In this document: piece after piece, positions 39,936 to 47,220 of the stretch | How positions within the stretch are numbered: the stretch's first letter is position 1 | Layout: every line of letters starts with the position of its first letter | Sequence record: KJ019143.1 | DNA length: 64,000 nucleotides | Direction: 5' to 3' (one strand) | Translations under genes and position numbers: made by a program | Notes under the pieces: model-generated | Told to the model about the DNA's origin: nothing | The model's database searches: none | Seen by the model: only the letters and a program-made list of their open reading frames with translations

Positions 39936-40295
39936 ATGGATGAGTTTAGTTGGTTTGTAGGTATATACGAGGGAGAGGGTTGCTTCGGCTCCCGTATCTG
40001 TAAGAAGAAATATAAGGATAGGGAGTATAGGAATGCCGGTATCTACCTCACTATCAAGATGACCGATGAGGACACTATTGCCAGAGTTGCAAAGTTCCTA
40101 GGTCAGTCCTATGGTGTAGTGGATAAGAAAGTCACGGAGAAACTGGGTAGAAAGACCTTATACAGGGTTAGACAGATGGGAGGGGCTAGTAATGGCAAAC
40201 TATATGACTTAGCCCAAAGGATGCTCCCACACCTATCACAGAGGAGACAGGAACAGATCAGAGGACATATTGAGAAGGCTCAGAACCTAATATAA
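39936..40295 (+). CDS. Free-standing single-motif LAGLIDADG homing endonuclease
   Basis: N-terminal WFVGIYEGEGCF helix motif, later IKMTDEDTI..VAKFLG; ends with an RRQEQI-type tail. Confidence 0.75.
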   Translation: MDEFSWFVGIYEGEGCFGSRICKKKYKDREYRNAGIYLTIKMTDEDTIARVAKFLGQSYGVVDKKVTEKLGRKTLYRVRQMGGASNGKLYDLAQRMLPHLSQRRQEQIRGHIEKAQNLI

Positions 40296-40341
40296 GTGGT
40301 GATATCCCTACATCATGTTGCCGGACGCAAATACTTAATGT

Positions 40342-40382
40342 TATAAATACTAGGAATACATACCTAGTGTATGTGTTATACT
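40342..40382 (+). promoter_or_regulatory. Tandem late (TATAAATA 40342-40349) and sigma70-type (TGtTATACT 40374-40382) promoters
   Basis: Both motifs lie in the gap upstream of the ORF at 40410. Confidence 0.6.
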
Positions 40383-40409
40383 TAACAGTCCGTATTCGGA
40401 GAAGAATTA

Positions 40410-40817
40410 ATGAGTCTTAAAATGATTGCGCTAGCTAGTCTAGCTGCCCCCGCTGCACTACTAGCAGCACCTTCAGCACAAGCTGAAGTAATCTTTGCTG
40501 GCGAACCACAAGAACTAAGTGGTTTCTATGTAACCACCGAAGCCAACTCTGGTTGGACCGGTGATGACTACAGAGGATCCATCATTGATGTTCGCGCTGG
40601 TTACGAAGCCGCACTTACAGACACAATCGACGCATATGTCGAAGTAGGTCCTGCCTTCCTAATGCCTGATGGTAGTGACAACACAACCGAAGTCGGAGCT
40701 GAGGTAGGTGCATCTATTGCCGCCACCGATCACCTAGAATTCTACGGAGAATTCGAAGTCATCTCTGGTGATCTTAATGATTATGGCACCAAGTTTGGCG
40801 CAACATATCGCTTTTAG
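40410..40817 (+). CDS. Small outer-membrane beta-barrel protein of cyanobacterial type
   Basis: Signal peptide ending AQA; alternating amphipathic strands; EANSGWTGDDY motif; C-terminal GATYRF (aromatic BAM-type end). Confidence 0.75.
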   Translation: MSLKMIALASLAAPAALLAAPSAQAEVIFAGEPQELSGFYVTTEANSGWTGDDYRGSIIDVRAGYEAALTDTIDAYVEVGPAFLMPDGSDNTTEVGAEVGASIAATDHLEFYGEFEVISGDLNDYGTKFGATYRF

Positions 40818-40826
40818 TGTTATAAT
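40818..40826 (+). promoter_or_regulatory. Extended -10 promoter (TGtTATAAT)
   Basis: Perfect TGnTATAAT right after the beta-barrel stop codon. Confidence 0.65.
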
Positions 40827-40854
40827 GTAAGTAGCTTGGGAAGCTGAGTTACTC

Positions 40855-40882
40855 ACCCCTACCCAAGCGGTGGGGGTTTTTT
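40855..40882 (+). terminator. Intrinsic terminator
   Basis: acccctacc-caagc-ggtgggggt followed by a T run. Confidence 0.8.
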
Positions 40883-40901
40883 ATTGCCTAGATAAACAAC
40901 T

Positions 40902-41162
40902 ATGAACGGATCATTAGACCCAGACGAAAGAGTGTTGAGTGCTAACTCCAAACTATCAGAAGTACCAGTATCCCTACAAAGGGCTATTGATATTCTTGGT
41001 TGGGATGATGTAGACGACATTCGTGTAGAGATTGGTGGATGTGCTACTAGTGGTATTCACCAGAAAGAAGACGCAAACCCAAAGTGGTCTCGTGAATTTG
41101 GTGATACTGTCTATAACAAGGACGCGTTTATTGTTATCAAAAATAGAAGCAGAAGTCAATGA
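40902..41162 (+). CDS. Hypothetical protein
   Basis: 86-aa ORF overlapping the gp3 start (ATGA). Confidence 0.65.
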   Translation: MNGSLDPDERVLSANSKLSEVPVSLQRAIDILGWDDVDDIRVEIGGCATSGIHQKEDANPKWSREFGDTVYNKDAFIVIKNRSRSQ

Positions 41163-41740
41163 CCAACATCTACTACAAACAACTAGATAATAGAAACTTT
41201 ATGAGTCCTATTGGATTCCAGTTTTCTATTGCTAGATATCCTAAAGTTTCTTTCTTTAGTAATAAAGCAGGACTACCTGAGATTCGTTTGGGTGGGGCAG
41301 AACAAGCCAACTATCTAAAACAGATTATGCACCCTGGAGACAGGGTAGAGTATGGTGAACTCAATATTGAGTTCCTAGTTGACGAAGATATGTTGAACTA
41401 TACTCTCATTCATAACTGGATTACTGGATTGGGATTCCCAGAGACTCCCCAACAATTCAAAGATATCACCACCAATCAAAAAGGTGAAGATGATATGAAG
41501 ATCCAGTATAGTGATGGAACACTTGCTATTTTGAATAGTAACTATAATACTATTGCGAAAGTTAAGTTCTGGGATCTATATCCCACTTCACTATCAACTC
41601 TTGAGTTCTCTGCTACAGATGCTGATATCAATTACTTCATTGCAAGTACAACATTCAGTTTCTTGTACTATCAGATCTTGGGTAAGGATAATGAACCCCT
41701 AACTCCTGAATTTGTAAACCAATCATTGAATACTCGATGA
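41159..41740 (+). CDS. gp3: Tail completion / sheath stabilizer gp3
   Basis: NRNFMSPIGFQF, PGDRVEYGEL.IEFLVDEDMLNY, LYPTSLSTLEF. Confidence 0.88.
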   Translation: MTNIYYKQLDNRNFMSPIGFQFSIARYPKVSFFSNKAGLPEIRLGGAEQANYLKQIMHPGDRVEYGELNIEFLVDEDMLNYTLIHNWITGLGFPETPQQFKDITTNQKGEDDMKIQYSDGTLAILNSNYNTIAKVKFWDLYPTSLSTLEFSATDADINYFIASTTFSFLYYQILGKDNEPLTPEFVNQSLNTR

Positions 41741-42171
41741 ACCTTGATGAACTTCAATCCATGTGGGAGCGTGACTCCAAGATGGATATGGATAACTTAC
41801 ACGATGAATCACTAAAGATACCCCAACTTCACCAGAAATACTTTACCCTGTATACTACTACCAAACTTCTAAAGAAGAAGGCAGAGGATACTATCAGTAA
41901 GGTGAGGTTGGAACGCCACAACTACTATAGTGGCAAAGCTTCCGCAGAGGTATATGTGGAGGAACCCTTTCCATATAAGGTAAGGGACAAAGAATCTATG
42001 AACCTACACCTGAACGCAGATGAAAAACTGACGAAGGTGAAGTTGAAAATACAGTATTACGAAATGATGTTGGAGTATCTTGAGGATGTCCTCAGGATGA
42101 TTCATGCACGTGGATACCAAATTAAAAACAGTATAGATTTCCTCCGGTTCCAGAGTGGTCAGGGTTTCTAA
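41737..42171 (+). CDS. uvsY: Recombination mediator UvsY
   Basis: DMDNLHDESLKIPQLHQKY, YYSGKA, RGYQIKNSIDF. Confidence 0.9.
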   Translation: MNLDELQSMWERDSKMDMDNLHDESLKIPQLHQKYFTLYTTTKLLKKKAEDTISKVRLERHNYYSGKASAEVYVEEPFPYKVRDKESMNLHLNADEKLTKVKLKIQYYEMMLEYLEDVLRMIHARGYQIKNSIDFLRFQSGQGF

Positions 42172-42188
42172 TAAATACGTGTTATAAT
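42170..42188 (+). promoter_or_regulatory. Adjacent late (AATAAATA) and extended -10 (TGtTATAAT) promoter motifs
   Basis: ctaataaatacgtgttataatac directly before the ATG at 42194. Confidence 0.55.
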
Positions 42189-42193
42189 ACACT

Positions 42194-42700
42194 ATGGGAA
42201 AGTATTACACCTACGCATATCTCCGTAAAGACAACACCCCCTACTATATTGGTAAGGGGTGTGGTGACAGGATAGACGACTGCATGCACGCTCTAAAACT
42301 ACCACCAAAGAATAAGAGAGTGTATTTAGAAGAAAACCTCACAGAGGAAGAAGCATACCAGCACGAGATTGCTATGATTGCCTTCTATGGTAGGAAAGAT
42401 ATTGGCACAGGTATACTACGAAATCTAACTGATGGCGGCGATTCTCCACCAAGTTGGTTGGGTAAGAACCACACAGAAGAAAGTAGAAAGAAGATGAGTA
42501 GGAAGAAGATGGGAAATACTAACAGATTGGGTCACAGACTCCCCCCAGAGAGACTGAAACCTAAGAAAGAGTATATACCTGTTACTAACAACAAAGCAAA
42601 GAAAGTAGGTGTGGAGAGGACGGAGGCACAAAAGATTGCCGCCGAAAAACATTCACAACGAATGAAACTATATTATGCTAACAAAAGGAAACAAGCATAA
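42194..42700 (+). CDS. GIY-YIG (Seg-like) homing endonuclease with NUMOD3 motif
   Basis: YTYAY...YYIGKG..R, AYQHE, RNLTDGG, then NUMOD3-like KNHTEESRKKMS. Confidence 0.8.
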   Translation: MGKYYTYAYLRKDNTPYYIGKGCGDRIDDCMHALKLPPKNKRVYLEENLTEEEAYQHEIAMIAFYGRKDIGTGILRNLTDGGDSPPSWLGKNHTEESRKKMSRKKMGNTNRLGHRLPPERLKPKKEYIPVTNNKAKKVGVERTEAQKIAAEKHSQRMKLYYANKRKQA

Positions 42701-42705
42701 CAACT

Positions 42706-42894
42706 ATGAAACAATACGACTACTCAGTAGATCTCACAATAGCTGATGTAAAACTCATCCACCATTGTGTAACCAAGAGGATTGAAATGTGGGAGGGTTC
42801 TCCTGCACGTCCCCCAGAAGAACAAGAACACTTGTGGGCACTAAGGGATGGGTTTTTCACTATCATCCTAGAAGAAACATTTAATAGAAAGTAA
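42706..42894 (+). CDS. Small hypothetical protein
   Basis: 62-aa ORF; WEGSPARPPEEQEHLW motif. Confidence 0.6.
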   Translation: MKQYDYSVDLTIADVKLIHHCVTKRIEMWEGSPARPPEEQEHLWALRDGFFTIILEETFNRK

Positions 42895-42941
42895 TACTAT
42901 TTGATGGCATATACATACTAATAGGTTATGCCTATTACATT

Positions 42942-44405
42942 ATGTCATCTGACTTGACTATAACCAAAGTTAATGAAGTATATTTAAAAGTAGATTGTGA
43001 CCCTCATATTCAGTATGAGTTGAGGGATGCCTTCTGCTTTGAAGTTCCTGGTGCTAAATTCCATCCGTCATACAGAAAGAAGTTCTGGGATGGAAATATT
43101 CACCTGTTCTCACCACAGACTAGACAACTATACGTAGGTCTATTGGATAGACTGATTGCCTTCTGTGATCAGTATGGGTATACGTATGCCTTTAAAGATA
43201 ATAAGTTCTATGGTCTCCCATATGAGATTAACGAGAACATCTCCCCAGAAGGGGTTACAGACTGGGTGAAGTCTATTACCAGTTATAAACCCCGTGACTA
43301 CCAGTTGCATGGTATCTACGCCGCTCTAAGGTCCAATAGGAAGTTGATTGTATCTCCTACTGCATCTGGTAAGTCATTGATGATCTATGCCTTGGTGGCA
43401 TACTACACACAAAAACACGAAAATATATTGATTGTTGTTCCTACTACATCCCTAGTGGAACAGATGTATAAGGATTTTGCAGACTACGGGTTTGATGTGG
43501 GAACGAACTGCCATAAGATATACGCTGGTAGAGAAAACACAACAGATAAACAAGTAACTATTACAACCTGGCAGTCTATCTACAAGTTACCTAAGACATA
43601 CTTTCAGAAGTATAGTGTAGTGATTGGGGATGAGGCACACAACTTCAAGTCCAAGTCTCTAGTATCCATTATGAGCAAGTTGTGTGATGCAAAGTATAGA
43701 TATGGGTTCACAGGTACTTTAGACGGGTCACAGACCCATAAGTGGGTGTTAGAGGGGTTGTTTGGTCCTTCATACAATACCATCAGAACAAAAGAGTTGA
43801 TGGAGGCGGGTCATGTTGCCAAACTAGATATCAAAGTTCTTCTACTAAAACATGATGAACAAATCTTTCCAAGATTTGAGGATGAAATCCAATATCTAAT
43901 TGGACATGAGAAGAGAAACAAGTTTATCAGTAACTTATCTTTAGATCTAAAAGGTAACACTCTAGTTCTCTTTGCTAGGGTGGAGAAACACGGAGAGGTC
44001 CTCTACAATCTAATAAATAGTAAGGCAGAAGAGGGTAGAAACGTCTTCTTCGTTCATGGTGGTGTTGATGTAGAGTCCAGAGAACAGGTACGAACTATTA
44101 CTGAGAGGGAGAACAATGCTATTATCATTGCCTCTTATGGAGTTTATAGTACGGGTATTAACATTAAAAACCTACACAACGTTATCTTTGCTTCCCCATC
44201 TAAGTCCAGGATCAGGAACCTGCAATCGATTGGTAGGGTACTGAGAAAGGGAACAAATAAAGATAAGGCAATGTTATATGACATTGCTGATGACTGCACA
44301 AAAGGATCAAGAAGAAACTACACACTTAATCATCTTATAGAGAGGATCAAGATTTACAACAATGAAAAGTTCAATTATGACATAGTAAATATCAATCTAA
44401 GGTAA
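42942..44405 (+). CDS. uvsW: DNA helicase UvsW
   Basis: SPTASGKS, IGDEAH, GFTGT, STGINI, QSIGRVLR (SF2 motifs). Confidence 0.96.
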   Translation: MSSDLTITKVNEVYLKVDCDPHIQYELRDAFCFEVPGAKFHPSYRKKFWDGNIHLFSPQTRQLYVGLLDRLIAFCDQYGYTYAFKDNKFYGLPYEINENISPEGVTDWVKSITSYKPRDYQLHGIYAALRSNRKLIVSPTASGKSLMIYALVAYYTQKHENILIVVPTTSLVEQMYKDFADYGFDVGTNCHKIYAGRENTTDKQVTITTWQSIYKLPKTYFQKYSVVIGDEAHNFKSKSLVSIMSKLCDAKYRYGFTGTLDGSQTHKWVLEGLFGPSYNTIRTKELMEAGHVAKLDIKVLLLKHDEQIFPRFEDEIQYLIGHEKRNKFISNLSLDLKGNTLVLFARVEKHGEVLYNLINSKAEEGRNVFFVHGGVDVESREQVRTITERENNAIIIASYGVYSTGINIKNLHNVIFASPSKSRIRNLQSIGRVLRKGTNKDKAMLYDIADDCTKGSRRNYTLNHLIERIKIYNNEKFNYDIVNINLR

Positions 44406-44409
44406 TCTT

Positions 44410-44814
44410 ATGAATGAGGTAAGACTAGCAGCAATCAAATTAGATAGTGGTGAAGAAATTATATGCTATGTCGTAGACGTAGTAGATAGGGGTTTGAATA
44501 AGAACCTTATAATTAAAGATCCACTTAAAGTTGAATATGTAGAAAGTACTAGAAAGAAAGCATATAAATTTACTCCATGGTTTCTACTAACTACAAGTAG
44601 GGAACATGAAATAGACATGAATAAGATCTTTGCTATCACAGGTGTCTATGATGAAGAAGTTAAAAAAGAATACACTAAATCATTTCACTTACAAATTGGA
44701 CCACATAGTTTCAACCATACCAGTGAAACTGGTTATGTTGGATCAGTGAATAGGTTTAGAAAGCTTCTGGAGAAGATATATAAGGAGGTGCCAAGTTCTC
44801 CTGATGAATGCTAA
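44410..44814 (+). CDS. Hypothetical protein, Sm-like fold candidate
   Basis: IKLDSGEEII...DP...FTPW pattern; usual position between uvsW and gp55. Confidence 0.65.
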   Translation: MNEVRLAAIKLDSGEEIICYVVDVVDRGLNKNLIIKDPLKVEYVESTRKKAYKFTPWFLLTTSREHEIDMNKIFAITGVYDEEVKKEYTKSFHLQIGPHSFNHTSETGYVGSVNRFRKLLEKIYKEVPSSPDEC

Positions 44815-44841
44815 GCGACCCCTTTTCAACTCCACAAGAGT

Positions 44842-44870
44842 ATTATAACGACCACCGGTCCAAATGGCAA
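44842..44870 (-). promoter_or_regulatory. Minus-strand sigma70 promoter (TTGCCA-17-TATAAT)
   Basis: Plus-strand attata (44842-44847) and tggcaa (44865-44870) are separated by exactly 17 nt. Confidence 0.5.
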
Positions 44871-44893
44871 GTATGAACCCCAAGGTATTCGTG

Positions 44894-44902
44894 TGTTATA
44901 AT
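44894..44902 (+). promoter_or_regulatory. Extended -10 promoter for gp55
   Basis: TGtTATAAT 30 nt upstream of the ATG. Confidence 0.7.
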
Positions 44903-44932
44903 ATAAACATACTCAGATCCTAAGGAAATGAC

Positions 44933-45409
44933 ATGGCAAAGGCTAAATCAGAACACTACGTAAACAATAAAGAGTTGCTAGCAGCACTCATCGATTATCG
45001 TGATAGGTTGGATATCGCAAGAAGAAGAGATTTACCTAAACCACGTATCAGTAACTACGTAGGAGAGTGTTTCCTTAAGATTGCCACTCACCTTTCATAC
45101 AAACCCAACTTCGTTAACTACATGTTCCGTGAGGACATGATCTCGGATGGTATCGAGAACTGCGTACAATACATTCACAACTTTGACCCCAATAAGTCCA
45201 GAAACCCCTTTGCCTACTTCACTCAGATCATTCACTATGCTTTTCTGCGTAGGATCCAAAGAGAGAAGAGACAACTAGACATCAAGAACAAGATTGTCGA
45301 GAAGACTGGTTTTGAGTCTCTGATGACAAGTGACACTAACTTGACAAACGAGTATAGGAACGATTATAATGCCATCAGGGAAAACATTATTAACAAACTG
45401 AACTCATGA
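44933..45409 (+). CDS. gp55: Late transcription sigma factor gp55
   Basis: HYVNNKE, YVGECFLKIATHLSYKPNF, NPFAYFTQIIHYAFLRRIQREK. Confidence 0.96.
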   Translation: MAKAKSEHYVNNKELLAALIDYRDRLDIARRRDLPKPRISNYVGECFLKIATHLSYKPNFVNYMFREDMISDGIENCVQYIHNFDPNKSRNPFAYFTQIIHYAFLRRIQREKRQLDIKNKIVEKTGFESLMTSDTNLTNEYRNDYNAIRENIINKLNS

Positions 45410-45570
45410 ATCAGTACCCCACATCTTCTGATAATAGAAGGAATGATGCACATCAAGAAGGCAGAACAACTTATATCAGTGAATCTGAATGCAAGGAATG
45501 TGGGTGTGTAGTCAAACTCGTATGGTCCAATAGGTGTCATTTCTGCACCATCAATAAATCAAACTCATAA
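45406..45570 (+). CDS. 54-aa microprotein with two CxxC pairs (not in the ORF track)
   Basis: MNQYPTSSDNRRNDAHQEGRTTYISESECKECGCVVKLVWSNRCHFCTINKSNS; ATGA overlap with the gp55 stop. Confidence 0.55.
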   Translation: MNQYPTSSDNRRNDAHQEGRTTYISESECKECGCVVKLVWSNRCHFCTINKSNS

Positions 45571-45585
45571 AGGGAACAAACTAGA

Positions 45586-45879
45586 ATGACATGGATGAGA
45601 CCAAAACAAGAGTATAGATTCGGTCTGAGTGAGAAAACTGTGGTGAAGACATTAGCAGTTGTTGGTGTTTCATCAACAGTCGCAACCACCATCACTGGAC
45701 TTCACTTCGTTCTTGATGGGTTCAAACCACGAAGTGGACTTGATCAAATTATTGGTTTAGTTCTTTGTTTCGGAGTGTTCTGGCTTGCAGCTAAGGCGTT
45801 TTATCCGGCTATGGATATAACGGCAAAAGTTCTCACAAAGGGTGATAAAGAAAACATTCACAAAGGTAATCGACTCTAA
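45586..45879 (+). CDS. Small two-TM membrane protein
   Basis: 97 aa with two hydrophobic stretches and a basic C-terminus; coupled to gp47 (TAATG). Confidence 0.55.
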   Translation: MTWMRPKQEYRFGLSEKTVVKTLAVVGVSSTVATTITGLHFVLDGFKPRSGLDQIIGLVLCFGVFWLAAKAFYPAMDITAKVLTKGDKENIHKGNRL

Positions 45880-46928
45880 TGGCATTGATCGCAGTTATAA
45901 CTGACACTCACTATGGGGCGAGAAAGGGTGCTCAGTATCTTCATGATCACTTTGAGAAGTTCTACTCTGAGGTATTCTTCCCCACACTAAAGGAGAGAGG
46001 TGTTAAAACCATTCTCCACATGGGTGACGCCTTTGATAGTAGGAAGTCTATTGGGTTTGAGGTACTCAACTGGGCAAAGAGAGTTGTATTCGATCCTATG
46101 GCAGAATACGATGTACATATGATCGTGGGAAATCATGATTGTTATTACAAATCTACCAACAGAACTAACTCTCCAGACCTACTACTCAAAGACTACGACA
46201 ATATCACCACCTATCATAGACCTACAGAGGTAACTCTAGAGGGTATGGATACACTCCTACTCCCTTGGATTTGTGATGACAACAGGGAAGAGTCCCTGAA
46301 GATGATCAAGTCTTCCAAGTCTAAGTTTGCTGCTGGTCACTTAGAACTAGATGGGTTTGAGGCATATAGGGGACATACTTACAGAGATGGTAAGTTGGAC
46401 AATGGGGTATTCAATAACTTCGATAAAGTATTCTCTGGACACTTCCATACTCGTTCAGACAACGGAAAGATTTTCTATGTGGGTAACCCTTATGAGATGT
46501 TCTGGAACGATGTAAATGATCCCAGAGGGTTTGTTCTACTGGATACTGAAACTCTAGAGGTTGAGTATATCAACAACCCACATACCCTTTTCTCCGTTAT
46601 CTACTATGAAGATACCAACTATAAACTCTTCAATGCCAAAGAGTATGAAGGTAAGATTGTAAAGGTTATTGTCAGAAAGAATACTGACAGGAAACTCTTT
46701 GATAAGTTTCTAGACAAACTTATGAAGACCAATATCCTAGACATGAAGATCGTAGAGAACTTCAATATTCAGGAGGGGGAGGACTTCCAGGTAGAAGATA
46801 TCGAAGAGAACACCCTATCAATTCTCAACCGATATGTAGATGAAGCAGACTATGAAGATAGTTCTATTCAGAAAGATGATATTAAGAATCTTATCTCTCA
46901 AATCTACCGAGAGGCATGTGAAGTATGA
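45879..46928 (+). CDS. gp47: Recombination endonuclease gp47 (Mre11/SbcD-like)
   Basis: ITDTHYG, GDAFD, VGNHD, GHLE, SGHFH. Confidence 0.95.
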   Translation: MALIAVITDTHYGARKGAQYLHDHFEKFYSEVFFPTLKERGVKTILHMGDAFDSRKSIGFEVLNWAKRVVFDPMAEYDVHMIVGNHDCYYKSTNRTNSPDLLLKDYDNITTYHRPTEVTLEGMDTLLLPWICDDNREESLKMIKSSKSKFAAGHLELDGFEAYRGHTYRDGKLDNGVFNNFDKVFSGHFHTRSDNGKIFYVGNPYEMFWNDVNDPRGFVLLDTETLEVEYINNPHTLFSVIYYEDTNYKLFNAKEYEGKIVKVIVRKNTDRKLFDKFLDKLMKTNILDMKIVENFNIQEGEDFQVEDIEENTLSILNRYVDEADYEDSSIQKDDIKNLISQIYREACEV

Positions 46929-47218
46929 GAGACGCATGTTATATCATTACTGCATCAGAAGCAAAGGGTATGGATGTATACACCATCAAATCTGAGGGTG
47001 TGAAGAATGTTCTAATCTTTGAGAAAGGTGAAGACGCTGAGAGGTATGTTATAATGTTGAATGAAGATGAAGGATACATTGTGGGTGAAACACTAGAACT
47101 GGAAGTTTTTGAGGTTCCACTATCTGCCGTGGTAGAATCCCTGAACGAGAAAGGCTATAGTTACATCTATGTTAAACCCGATGACCTGTTTATTCCACCT
47201 GATGCCAAGAAAGTTTAA
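46925..47218 (+). CDS. Hypothetical protein
   Basis: 97-aa ORF between gp47 and gp46; FEKGEDAERYVIML. Confidence 0.65.
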   Translation: MRDACYIITASEAKGMDVYTIKSEGVKNVLIFEKGEDAERYVIMLNEDEGYIVGETLELEVFEVPLSAVVESLNEKGYSYIYVKPDDLFIPPDAKKV

Positions 47219-47220
47219 TT

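Noticed and set aside
39854-40901. tRNA genes in the gaps after gp23
   Set aside because: No cloverleaf or T-loop GTTCRA motif was found in the intergenic stretches.
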